DNA of 64,000 nt from Escherichia coli (GTDB lineage Bacteria > Pseudomonadota > Gammaproteobacteria > Enterobacterales > Enterobacteriaceae): assembly GCF_016903815.1 (NCBI RefSeq), contig NZ_CP069973.1. One strand, 5' to 3'. Below are positions 1 through 8,923 of this stretch, one piece after another. The notes under the pieces were generated by a model. The model was not told the origin of the DNA, did not search any database, and worked only from the letters and a program-made list of their open reading frames with translations. Positions within the stretch are counted from its first letter, which is position 1, and every line of letters begins with the position of its first letter. Position numbers and translations under genes: made by a program.

Positions 1-1087
1 CCCGTGAACTCAGCCTGTATGAATCACAGCTCTACAACTGGCGCAGTAAACAGCAAAATCAGCAGACGTCTTCTGAACGTGAACTGGAGATGTCTACCGA
101 GATTGCACGTCTCAAACGCCAGCTGGCAGAACGGGATGAAGAGCTGGCTATCCTCCAAAAGGCCGCGACATACTTCGCGAAGCGCCTGAAATGAAGTATG
201 TCTTTATTGAAAAACATCAGGCTGAGTTCAGCATCAAAGCAATGTGCCGCGTGCTCCGGGTGGCCCGCAGCGGCTGGTATACGTGGTGTCAGCGGCGGAC
301 AAGGATAAGCACGCGTCAGCAGTTCCGCCAACACTGCGACAGCGTTGTCCTCGCGGCTTTTACCCGGTCAAAACAGCGTTACGGTGCCCCACGCCTGACG
401 GATGAACTGCGTGCTCAGGGTTACCCCTTTAACGTAAAAACCGTGGCGGCAAGCCTGCGCCGTCAGGGACTGAGGGCAAAGGCCTCCCGGAAGTTCAGCC
501 CGGTCAGCTACCGCGCACACGGCCTGCCTGTGTCAGAAAATCTGTTGGAGCAGGATTTTTACGCCAGTGGCCCGAACCAGAAGTGGGCAGGAGACATCAC
601 GTACTTACGTACAGATGAAGGCTGGCTGTATCTGGCAGTGGTCATTGACCTGTGGTCACGTGCCGTTATTGGCTGGTCAATGTCGCCACGCATGACGGCG
701 CAACTGGCCTGCGATGCCCTGCAGATGGCGCTGTGGCGGCGTAAGAGGCCCCGGAACGTTATCGTTCACACGGACCGTGGAGGCCAGTACTGTTCAGCAG
801 ATTATCAGGCGCAACTGAAGCGGCATAATCTGCGTGGAAGTATGAGCGCAAAAGGTTGCTGCTACGATAATGCCTGCGTGGAAAGCTTCTTTCATTCGCT
901 GAAAGTGGAATGTATCCATGGAGAACACTTTATCAGCCGGGAAATAATGCGGGCAACGGTGTTTAATTATATCGAATGTGATTACAATCGGTGGCGGCGG
1001 CACAGTTGGTGTGGCGGCCTCAGTCCGGAACAATTTGAAAACCAGAACCTCGCTTATGCCTGTGTCCATATTACGTGGGTAGGATCA
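1..1087 (+). mobile_element. IS3: IS3 insertion sequence, 5' part cut by window edge; right inverted repeat ends ...CCATATTACGTGGGTAGGATCA at 1087
   Basis: orfA/orfB protein and DNA match recalled IS3 (InsE/InsF); terminal IR recognised at 1066-1087; window starts about 170 bp inside the element. Confidence 0.85.
3..194 (+). CDS. insE: IS3 OrfA (InsE) transposase N-terminal subunit, 5'-truncated by window start
   Basis: Frame 3 reads [63 protein letters not shown] then TGA at 192-194; overlaps orfB start as expected for the -1 frameshift arrangement. Confidence 0.8.
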   Translation, partial: RELSLYESQLYNWRSKQQNQQTSSERELEMSTEIARLKRQLAERDEELAILQKAATYFAKRLK

Positions 1088-1117
1088 GAACTCCATCCAG
1101 TCGTTTGGGGTTGCTAA
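191..1117 (+). CDS. insF: IS3 OrfB (InsF) DDE transposase; the recalled native stop position (1055-1057) reads TAT here, so the ORF runs 20 codons further, through the IS end into flanking DNA
   Basis: 308-aa [35 protein letters not shown]... identical over the recalled 288 aa of InsF apart from one K/Q difference; DDE integrase core ([18 protein letters not shown]). Confidence 0.85.
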   Translation: MKYVFIEKHQAEFSIKAMCRVLRVARSGWYTWCQRRTRISTRQQFRQHCDSVVLAAFTRSKQRYGAPRLTDELRAQGYPFNVKTVAASLRRQGLRAKASRKFSPVSYRAHGLPVSENLLEQDFYASGPNQKWAGDITYLRTDEGWLYLAVVIDLWSRAVIGWSMSPRMTAQLACDALQMALWRRKRPRNVIVHTDRGGQYCSADYQAQLKRHNLRGSMSAKGCCYDNACVESFFHSLKVECIHGEHFISREIMRATVFNYIECDYNRWRRHSWCGGLSPEQFENQNLAYACVHITWVGSELHPVVWGC

Positions 1118-1664
1118 TGACGTCCTGCATCCGCTTAATCTGGTCGGGCGTAGACATATAATCCCACAGGGTGAGCAGAACCTTTTTTGCGGCTACACTA
1201 TTTCCCTGATCTGATACTAATGCCATATAGCCCCATAAACTATCCCTCAGCCAGACACCATCATAGTGGGTTTCTGCCGCTGTTTTGTCATCTTCGAAAG
1301 TAGAAGCAAGAATAAATGTTCCCCAGGGTTTCTCCGTCAACGTTAACTTTCGTGTGTTTTCTGTTAATGTTAACAACCCTTGAATTTCGTCTTTGGTATA
1401 GTGGCTCTTTATTTCATTTTTTAATTTGGCTGAGTGAATCAAAAGACGATAATTAGGATACTTATCTGGATTTAACGATAAATAACTTTTATCTGTTGCT
1501 GCCCCCGTGGAATTAAGAATGTTAAATACAGATTCACTCGTCACTTCTGCCCCTGTCGCCTGGCATGTGCCGCACGAAAATATACCAGCGAGCAGAAGAG
1601 TTAATGCAGATTTCCCTTTCATAAAATATTCCATCAATCGTTTGTTAAAAGCGTAGATAACCAC
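1088..1664 (-). pseudogene. Putative secreted/lipoprotein gene (possibly the K-12 ygeQ-like gene of the glyU-adjacent island), C-terminally truncated by the IS3 insertion
   Basis: ORF MKGKSALTLLLAGIFSCGTCQATGAEV... with N-terminal signal peptide; reading frame runs straight into the IS3 right end at 1087, last residues are IS-derived; identity of the family not verified. Confidence 0.5.
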
Positions 1665-1859
1665 TTATTTAACAACTTGAAAATAAGGTGTTTTACCTGG
1701 GTTGTTACAAAAGGATTGCATTGCGTAAATGCTTTTTATTTACAACAAAATGGGGAAGTATTACGGCGATTGCGAAAAGTCTGAAGCGATTGAATTAAGA
1801 TAATATAGAAAATCGGATACAACAAAAATGGCAGGTTGATGAGGTGAAGATAAATTGAT

Positions 1860-1933
1860 TGGAGCGGGCGAAGGGAATCGAACCCTCGTATAGAGCTTGG
1901 GAAGCTCTCGTTCTACCATTGAACTACGCCCGC
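1860..1933 (-). tRNA. glyU: tRNA-Gly (anticodon CCC), glyU
   Basis: Reverse complement reads GCGGGCGTAGTTCAATGGTAGAACGAGAGCTTCCCAAGCTCTATACGAGGGTTCGATTCCCTTCGCCCGCTCCA: cloverleaf, CCC anticodon, encoded CCA. Confidence 0.93.
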
Positions 1934-2011
1934 TTCGAGATGCGTAAGGCATTATAAACCTTACGCTCTCCTTAGCAAGTGCCACGCTGCTGACTGCTGA
2001 TTAATTCGCCA

Positions 2012-2791
2012 TCAGCATTTTGGCTTGCTGCCCTGAGGCGGCAAGTAACGTAGCGGATCAATTGCCGTTGCACGGTAACGAATCTGGAAATGCAGGCGAA
2101 CAGATGCCGCATCCGTGCTCCCCATAGTGGCGATTTTTTGCCCAGTCTTCACGCTTTGCCCATTATTTACCAGCATCGTGTCATTATGGGCGTAAGCCGT
2201 AATGTAATCTTCACTGTGTTTAATCATGATGAGATTACCGTAGCCACGCAGCTGGTTGCCCACATACACCACCTTTCCTGCACCCGCGGCGTAAATAGGT
2301 GTACCCCGTGGAGCTGAGATATCAATCCCTTTATTGCCGCCATCTGCTGTCGAATACGGCATGATAACTTTCCCTGTCGTTGGCCATAACCAACAACGTT
2401 GCCCTACTGGCGGCCAGGATGATTTCGGTACCGCTGATGACGGTGTAACCGATGCGGTTTTGGTCGTTGATTTGGCGGTTGATTTACGTGTAATACTGCT
2501 ACTTTTCGCCCCACCCAGTTTTAGTTTCTGACCAACTTCAATGGTGTAAGGGGGGGAAATGCCGTTCAGTCGCGCCAGTTCTTTTACGCTGGTTCCCGTG
2601 GTGCGCGAAATACGATATAGCGTATCCCCCCGTTTCACGGTGTAAACGGAGCCGGAATACGTTCCTGTATCGGATGATTTGCTACCCGAACAGCCCGCCA
2701 AAAGCAGTCCAACCGATAACAACATCACGATACCCAGAGATTTTTTATTCAGGCGTCCCGCACTCAAAATCTTTCCTCGCTTAAAAAACAA
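2012..2791 (-). CDS. ygeR: LysM-domain M23-family peptidase lipoprotein YgeR (start codon uncertain; K-12 protein is a few residues shorter than the ORF)
   Basis: ORF with lipobox LLAGCSGS, LysM motif (YTVKRGDTLYRISRTTG), C-terminal M23 peptidase domain (GIDISAPRGTPIYAAGAGKVVYVG...HNDTMLV). Confidence 0.85.
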   Translation of the reverse strand: MFFKRGKILSAGRLNKKSLGIVMLLSVGLLLAGCSGSKSSDTGTYSGSVYTVKRGDTLYRISRTTGTSVKELARLNGISPPYTIEVGQKLKLGGAKSSSITRKSTAKSTTKTASVTPSSAVPKSSWPPVGQRCWLWPTTGKVIMPYSTADGGNKGIDISAPRGTPIYAAGAGKVVYVGNQLRGYGNLIMIKHSEDYITAYAHNDTMLVNNGQSVKTGQKIATMGSTDAASVRLHFQIRYRATAIDPLRYLPPQGSKPKC

Positions 2792-2893
2792 GACGCCTTA
2801 TCATAGCAGCCAGCCTCTTGATACCCAATCTCTTGCTTCTGGAAAAACGTGGTAATAGAGAAAGAGGTTAATTTCATTGGTAATGACTCCAAC

Positions 2894-3397
2894 TTATTGA
2901 TAGTGTTTTATGTTCAGATAATGCCCGATGACTTTGTCATGCAGCTCCACCGATTTTGAGAACGACAGCGACTTCCGTCCCAGCCGTGCCAGGTGCTGCC
3001 TCAGATTCAGGTTATGCCGCTCAATTCGCTGCGTATATCGCTTGCTGATTACGTGCAGCTTTCCCTTCAGGCGGGATTCATACAGCGGCCAGCCATCCGT
3101 CATCCATATCACCACGTCAAAGGGTGACAGCAGGCTCATAAGACGCCCCAGCGTCGCCATAGTGCGTTCACCGAATACGTGCGCAACAACCGTCTTCCGG
3201 AGCCTGTCATACGCGTAAAACAGCCAGCGCTGGCGCGATTTAGCCCCGACATAGCCCCACTGTCCGTCCATTTCCGCGCAGACGATGACGTCACTGCCCG
3301 GCTGTATGCGCGAGGTTACCGACTGCGGCCTGAGTTTTTTAAGTGACGTAAAATCGTGTTGAGGCCAACGCCCATAATGCGGGCTGTTGCCCGGCAT
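2894..3397 (-). CDS. insB: IS1 InsB (transposase C-terminal part, expressed as InsAB' by -1 frameshift)
   Basis: 167-aa [29 protein letters not shown]... matching IS1 InsB; A6C slippery motif TTAAAAAACTC on minus strand at 3331-3342. Confidence 0.9.
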
Positions 3398-3591
3398 CCA
3401 ACGCCATTCATGGCCATATCAATGATTTTCTGGTGCGTACCGGGTTGAGAAGCGGTGTAAGTGAACTGCAGTTGCCATGTTTTACGGCAGTGAGAGCAGA
3501 GATAGCGCTGATGTCCGGCGGTGCTTTTGCCGTTACGCACCACCCCGTCAGTAGCTGAACAGGAGGGACAGCTGATAGAAACAGAAGCCAC
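3316..3591 (-). CDS. insA: IS1 InsA (DNA-binding transposition inhibitor / transposase N-terminal part)
   Basis: 91-aa [45 protein letters not shown]... zinc-finger-like CxxC...CxxC, matches IS1 InsA. Confidence 0.9.
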
Positions 3592-3918
3592 TGGAGCACC
3601 TCAAAAACACCATCATACACTAAATCAGTAAGTTGGCAGCATCACCAAGAGCGCTATCCAGATAAAAACGATTAAATGCGAGAGTGCGACATGCCAGAAT
3701 GATTAATGAAATATCAATATGAGAAAATTACAGATAATTTCATTGTCAGGTTCTCTTCTCATTTTCGTGGTTTAACCACGATTATGTGATTGCCTCCGCA
3801 ATTCCTGTCTCTAACTCCCCTTCCTCGCAAAAACTGGCACTCCACGAGCATGTGTTTAGACAGTTTCATTAACGTAAACGGTTGCTTTTTACTCTGGCGG
3901 GCGAAAGGAGAAACACTG

Positions 3919-5367
3919 ATGAGCGCCATAGATTCCCAACTTCCCTCATCTTCTGGGCAAGACCGCCCAACTGATGAGGTTGACCGCATATTATCACCAG
4001 GAAAGCTGATCATACTCGGTCTGCAACACGTCCTTGTCATGTACGCAGGTGCAGTCGCTGTTCCTCTTATGATTGGTGACCGACTGGGCCTCTCAAAAGA
4101 AGCTATTGCGATGCTCATTAGCTCGGATCTCTTTTGCTGCGGGATCGTCACATTATTGCAATGTATCGGTATCGGCCGCTTTATGGGGATCCGCCTGCCG
4201 GTGATTATGTCGGTGACCTTTGCTGCTGTAACACCAATGATAGCCATTGGGATGAACCCGGATATCGGCCTGCTGGGGATATTTGGTGCCACTATCGCCG
4301 CGGGTTTTATCACCACATTATTAGCGCCACTTATCGGTCGCTTGATGCCTTTATTCCCGCCACTGGTTACCGGTGTGGTTATTACTTCTATCGGGCTTAG
4401 CATCATTCAGGTGGGCATTGACTGGGCCGCCGGAGGTAAAGGGAATCCGCAATATGGTAATCCCGTTTATTTAGGTATCTCCTTTGCCGTCTTAATTTTT
4501 ATCTTGCTCATTACTCGCTATGCGAAAGGATTTATGTCCAACGTCGCAGTATTACTGGGGATTGTATTTGGCTTTTTACTTTCGTGGATGATGAATGAAG
4601 TCAATTTATCCGGGCTACATGATGCTTCATGGTTTGCGATTGTTACGCCGATGTCGTTTGGTATGCCGATTTTCGATCCCGTTTCCATTCTGACCATGAC
4701 TGCCGTGTTAATCATCGTGTTTATCGAGTCGATGGGGATGTTCCTGGCACTGGGTGAAATAGTCGGTCGTAAACTCTCTTCGCACGATATTATTCGCGGG
4801 CTGCGTGTCGATGGCGTAGGGACAATGATAGGCGGCACGTTTAACAGCTTCCCCCACACGTCATTTTCACAAAACGTTGGCCTGGTTAGCGTGACGCGCG
4901 TTCATAGCCGCTGGGTGTGTATTTCTTCGGGAATTATATTAATCCTGTTTGGCATGGTGCCAAAAATGGCGGTGCTGGTAGCCTCCATTCCGCAATTTGT
5001 GCTGGGCGGCGCTGGTCTAGTGATGTTCGGCATGGTACTGGCGACAGGGATTCGAATTTTGTCGCGCTGTAACTACACCACCAACCGTTACAACCTCTAT
5101 ATTGTGGCGATCAGTCTCGGCGTTGGCATGACTCCGACGCTCTCTCACGATTTCTTTTCTAAGTTACCGGCCGTACTGCAACCGCTGCTACATAGCGGCA
5201 TTATGCTCGCAACCCTTAGCGCCGTTGTGCTGAACGTCTTCTTTAATGGCTATCAGCATCATGCTGACCTGGTGAAGGAATCCGTCTCTGATAAAGATTT
5301 AAAAGTCAGGACAGTACGTATGTGGCTTCTGATGCGCAAGCTGAAGAAAAATGAGCATGGAGAATAA
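3919..5367 (+). CDS. uacT: NCS2/NAT-family uric acid:H+ symporter UacT (YgfU); true start is the internal Met MSAIDSQLP, not the 525-aa ORF start
   Basis: 482-aa polytopic membrane protein with NAT signature region; matches recalled YgfU; extended ORF N-terminus is non-coding leader. Confidence 0.88.
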   Translation: MSAIDSQLPSSSGQDRPTDEVDRILSPGKLIILGLQHVLVMYAGAVAVPLMIGDRLGLSKEAIAMLISSDLFCCGIVTLLQCIGIGRFMGIRLPVIMSVTFAAVTPMIAIGMNPDIGLLGIFGATIAAGFITTLLAPLIGRLMPLFPPLVTGVVITSIGLSIIQVGIDWAAGGKGNPQYGNPVYLGISFAVLIFILLITRYAKGFMSNVAVLLGIVFGFLLSWMMNEVNLSGLHDASWFAIVTPMSFGMPIFDPVSILTMTAVLIIVFIESMGMFLALGEIVGRKLSSHDIIRGLRVDGVGTMIGGTFNSFPHTSFSQNVGLVSVTRVHSRWVCISSGIILILFGMVPKMAVLVASIPQFVLGGAGLVMFGMVLATGIRILSRCNYTTNRYNLYIVAISLGVGMTPTLSHDFFSKLPAVLQPLLHSGIMLATLSAVVLNVFFNGYQHHADLVKESVSDKDLKVRTVRMWLLMRKLKKNEHGE

Positions 5368-5368
5368 T

Positions 5369-5494
5369 ATGAATTTTTTAATGCGCGCTATATTCAGTCT
5401 GCTGTTGCTTTTTACTCTCTCTATTCCTGTCATTTCTGACTGTGTTGCAATGGCCATTGAAAGTCGCTTCAAATATATGATGCTACTTTTTTAA
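5369..5494 (+). CDS. yqfG: Small hydrophobic protein YqfG (41 aa: MNFLMRAIFSLLLLFTLSIPVISDCVAMAIESRFKYMMLLF)
   Basis: ATG 2 nt after uacT stop with GGAG 7 nt upstream; single predicted TM helix; corresponds to small K-12 ORF recalled between ygfU and idi; below ORF-track size cutoff. Confidence 0.5.
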   Translation: MNFLMRAIFSLLLLFTLSIPVISDCVAMAIESRFKYMMLLF

Positions 5495-5616
5495 ATGGTT
5501 TTTACCTGTCGGCATCCGCTCAAAACGGGCGGTTGTCGATAAACGCTCACTTGGTTAATCATTTCACTCTTCAATTATCTATAATGATGAGTGATCAGAA
5601 TTACATGTGAGAAATT

Positions 5617-6165
5617 ATGCAAACGGAACACGTCATTTTATTGAATGCACAGGGAGTTCCCACGGGTACGCTGGAAAAGTATGCCGCACACACGGCAGAC
5701 ACCCGCTTACATCTCGCGTTCTCCAGTTGGCTGTTTAATGCCAAAGGACAATTATTAGTTACCCGCCGCGCACTGAGCAAAAAAGCGTGGCCTGGCGTGT
5801 GGACTAACTCGGTTTGTGGGCACCCACAACTGGGAGAAAGCAACGAAGACGCGGTGATCCGCCGTTGCCGTTATGAGCTTGGCGTGGAAATTACGCCTCC
5901 TGAATCTATCTATCCTGACTTTCGCTATCGCGCCACCGATCCGAATGGCATTGTGGAAAATGAAGTGTGTCCGGTATTTGCCGCACGCACCACCAGTGCG
6001 TTACAGATCAACGATGATGAAGTGATGGATTATCAATGGTGTGATTTAGCAGATGTATTACACGGTATTGATGCCACACCGTGGGCGTTCAGTCCGTGGA
6101 TGGTGATGCAGGCAGCCAATAGTGAAGCAAGAAAATTGTTGTCTACTTTCGCGCAGCACAATTAA
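5617..6165 (+). CDS. idi: Isopentenyl-diphosphate delta-isomerase (type 1, Nudix fold)
   Basis: 182-aa [44 protein letters not shown]... matches E. coli Idi. Confidence 0.93.
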   Translation: MQTEHVILLNAQGVPTGTLEKYAAHTADTRLHLAFSSWLFNAKGQLLVTRRALSKKAWPGVWTNSVCGHPQLGESNEDAVIRRCRYELGVEITPPESIYPDFRYRATDPNGIVENEVCPVFAARTTSALQINDDEVMDYQWCDLADVLHGIDATPWAFSPWMVMQAANSEARKLLSTFAQHN

Positions 6166-6192
6166 AAAACCCCGACATTTGCCGGGGTTGTG
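6164..6192. terminator. Bidirectional intrinsic terminator between convergent idi and lysS
   Basis: AAAAAACCCCGACATTTGCCGGGGTTGTG: A-run, GC hairpin CCCCGAC/GCCGGGG, T-rich tail. Confidence 0.6.
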
Positions 6193-6207
6193 AGCATAAC
6201 GTAATGC

Positions 6208-7725
6208 TTATTTTACCGGACGCATCGCCGGGAACAGAATAACGTCGCGGATGGTATGGCTGTTGGTGAACAGCATTACCATACGGTCGATGCCAATCCC
6301 CAGACCTGCTGTCGGCGGTAAGCCATGTTCCAGTGCGGTAACGTAATCTTCATCGTAGAACATCGCTTCGTCGTCACCTGCGTCTTTCGCGGCAACCTGA
6401 TCCAGGAAGCGTTGCGCCTGATCTTCCGCGTCATTCAGCTCGCTAAAGCCGTTACCGATTTCACGACCACCGATGAAGAACTCAAAGCGGTCTGTGATTT
6501 CCGGGTTAATGTCGTTACGACGCGCCAGCGGAGAAACTTCTGCCGGATATTCAGTAATGAAGGTCGGCTGAATCAGATGTGCTTCTGCCACTTCTTCGAA
6601 GATCTCGGTAACGATACGGCCCAGACCCCAGCTCTTCTCAACGTGGATACCGATAGATTCAGCAATCGCTTTCGCAGAGTCGAAGTTATCCAGATCCGCC
6701 ATGTCGGTTTCCGGGCGATATTTCTTGATCGCTTCACGCATGGTCAGTTTTTCGAACGGTTTACCGAAGTCCAGCGTCACGTCGCCGTAGGTCACTTCCG
6801 TCTTACCGAGAATATCCTGTGCCAGAGTACGGAACAGCGATTCGGTCAGCTCGATCAGATCTTTGTAATCTGCGTAAGCCATGTAGAGTTCCATCATGGT
6901 GAACTCTGGGTTATGACGTACGGAGATACCTTCGTTACGGAAGTTACGGTTGATTTCGAATACACGCTCGAAGCCACCGACCACCAGACGCTTGAGGTAC
7001 AGTTCCGGCGCGATACGCAGGTACATGTCGAGATCCAGCGCGTTATGGTGGGTGATAAACGGACGCGCAGCGGCACCGCCAGGGATCACCTGCATCATCG
7101 GCGTTTCAACTTCCATAAAGCCGCGGTTCACCATGAACTGGCGAATACCAGAGAGGATCTGCGAGCGCACTTTAAAGGTGTTACGGGATTCATCGTTAGA
7201 GATGAGATCCAGATAACGCTGACGATAGCGCGCTTCCTGATCCTGCAAGCCGTGGAATTTATCCGGCAGCGGACGCAGTGCTTTGGTCAGCAGACGCAGC
7301 TCGGTACAGTGGATAGACAGTTCGCCGGTTTTGGTTTTGAACAGTTTACCTTTCGCGCCGAGGATGTCACCGAGGTCCCATTTTTTGAACTGCTCGTTGT
7401 AAACGCCTTCCGGCAGATCGTCACGGGCAACGTACAGCTGAATGCGGCCACCCACATCCTGCAGGGTAACGAAAGACGCTTTACCCATAATACGGCGGGT
7501 CATCATGCGGCCAGCAACGGCGACTTCGATGTTCAGCGCTTCCAGTTCTTCGTTCTCTTTACCGTCGAATTCTGCGTGCAATTGGTCAGAGGTATGATCG
7601 CGACGGAAATCGTTCGGGAAGGCAATCCCCTGCTCGCGCAGGTTCGCCAGCTTCTCACGACGCGTTTTCAGTTCATTGTTAAGATCGACTACCGCGTCAG
7701 CGCCCTGTGCGTGTTGTTCAGACAT
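6208..7725 (-). CDS. lysS: Lysyl-tRNA synthetase (constitutive, class II)
   Basis: 505-aa [36 protein letters not shown]... class II aaRS motifs; 9 nt downstream of prfB as in the prfB-lysS operon. Confidence 0.95.
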   Translation of the reverse strand: MSEQHAQGADAVVDLNNELKTRREKLANLREQGIAFPNDFRRDHTSDQLHAEFDGKENEELEALNIEVAVAGRMMTRRIMGKASFVTLQDVGGRIQLYVARDDLPEGVYNEQFKKWDLGDILGAKGKLFKTKTGELSIHCTELRLLTKALRPLPDKFHGLQDQEARYRQRYLDLISNDESRNTFKVRSQILSGIRQFMVNRGFMEVETPMMQVIPGGAAARPFITHHNALDLDMYLRIAPELYLKRLVVGGFERVFEINRNFRNEGISVRHNPEFTMMELYMAYADYKDLIELTESLFRTLAQDILGKTEVTYGDVTLDFGKPFEKLTMREAIKKYRPETDMADLDNFDSAKAIAESIGIHVEKSWGLGRIVTEIFEEVAEAHLIQPTFITEYPAEVSPLARRNDINPEITDRFEFFIGGREIGNGFSELNDAEDQAQRFLDQVAAKDAGDDEAMFYDEDYVTALEHGLPPTAGLGIGIDRMVMLFTNSHTIRDVILFPAMRPVK

Positions 7726-7734
7726 GTTGGTTCC

Positions 7735-8833
7735 TCATAACCCTGCTTTCAAACTTGCTTCGATAAATTGATCCAGGCTGCCGTCCAGCACGGCCTGCGT
7801 GTTGCGGGTTTCTACCCCGGTACGCAGATCTTTAATGCGGGAGTCATCAAGGACATAAGAACGAATCTGGCTGCCCCAGCCGATGTCGGATTTGTTATCT
7901 TCCATCGCCTGTTTCTCGGCATTTTTCTTCTGCATCTCCAGTTCATAAAGCTTCGCTTTCATCTGCTTCATGGCCTGGTCTTTGTTCTTGTGCTGGGAAC
8001 GGTCGTTCTGGCATTGGGTCACGATCCCGGTTGGGATGTGGGTAATACGCACCGCAGATTCGGTACGGTTAACGTGCTGACCGCCCGCGCCGGACGCGCG
8101 ATAAACGTCAATGCGCAGATCCGCCGGGTTGATTTCGATATCAATATCATCATCAACTTCCGGGTAAACAAACGCAGAGCTGAACGATGTGTGGCGACGA
8201 CCGCCGGAGTCAAACGGGCTTTTACGCACCAGGCGGTGAACGCCAGTTTCTGTACGCAGCCAGCCGTAAGCGTAATCGCCGGAGATTTTGATCGTCACGG
8301 ATTTAATACCCGCCACTTCACCTTCCGACTCTTCGATGATTTCAGTTTTGAAACCACGCGATTCTGCCCAGCGCAGATACATACGCTCAAGCATGCTCGC
8401 CCAGTCCTGTGCTTCCGTACCGCCAGACCCCGCCTGAATATCGAGGTAGCAGTCGGCGCTGTCATATTCGCCAGAGAACATACGGCGGAACTCAAGCTGC
8501 GCCAGTTTTTCTTCCAGGGCGTCGAGTTCAGCAACGGCTTCGTTAAAGGTTTCTTCGTCGTCAGCTTCTACAGCCAGTTCCAGCAGACCAGAAACATCTT
8601 CCAGCCCCTGTTTCATTTGGTCGAGAGTGTCGACAACGGCTTCGAGGGAGGAACGCTCTTTACCCAGCGCCTGTGCGCGTTCGGGTTCGTTCCAGACATC
8701 CGGCTGTTCCAGCTCGGCGTTTACTTCTTCCAGACGCTCTTTCTTGGCGTCGTAGTCAAAGATACCCCCTAAGAACGTCGGAGCGTTCCGTGAGGTCCTG
8801 AATGCGATTATTTACCGGATTAATTTCAAACAT
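7735..8833 (-). CDS. prfB: Peptide chain release factor 2, expressed via programmed +1 ribosomal frameshift at in-frame UGA codon 26
   Basis: ATG at 8833 gives [25 protein letters not shown] then TGA (8758-8756); +1 frame continues [16 protein letters not shown]... to stop at 7735 (25+340=365 aa); GGQ and SPF motifs present. Confidence 0.93.
8755..8773 (-). promoter_or_regulatory. prfB autoregulatory frameshift window: internal Shine-Dalgarno-like AGGGGG, slippery CUU UGA C
   Basis: Minus-strand sequence CTTAGGGGGTATCTTTGAC read directly; matches the canonical RF2 recoding site. Confidence 0.9.
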
Positions 8834-8923
8834 GGTCTGATTTCTTTTATTGAGCTAGTCAAAATGCGGTGATAAGAGCGGGATTGTACCCAATCCACGC
8901 TCTTTTTTATAGAGAAGATGACG

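Larger units (their letters stand above)
2879..3646 (-). mobile_element. IS1: Complete IS1 element (768 bp) with both terminal inverted repeats; no matching 9-bp target-site duplication
   Basis: Ends GGTAATGACTCCAACTTATTGATAGTG (2879) and CACTAAATCAGTAAGTTGGCAGCATCACC (3646); insA/insB present; flanks aatttcatt vs aagagcgct differ. Confidence 0.92.

Noticed and set aside
1761-1985. 74-aa minus-strand ORF
   Set aside because: Overlaps the tRNA-Gly gene and its promoter; the tRNA explains the sequence.
1934-2011. Hairpin GCGTAAGGCATTATAAACCTTACGC between ygeR and glyU as a terminator
   Set aside because: No flanking U-run in either orientation; more likely part of the glyU promoter region or fortuitous.
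2870-3756. Shared 10-mer TAATTTCATT at the left IS1 flank (2869-2878) and about 100 bp right of IS1 (3746-3755) as a possible displaced target duplication
   Set aside because: Not adjacent to the IS1 end on the right side and the region is AT-rich; most likely chance. The IS1 is treated as lacking a TSD.
3759-4406. 215-aa minus-strand ORF
   Set aside because: Antisense to uacT and would start in the uacT promoter region; no support.
6325-7740. 471-aa plus-strand ORF
   Set aside because: Exactly antisense to lysS (a confidently identified core gene); no recognisable motifs; long antisense ORFs are common opposite highly expressed genes.
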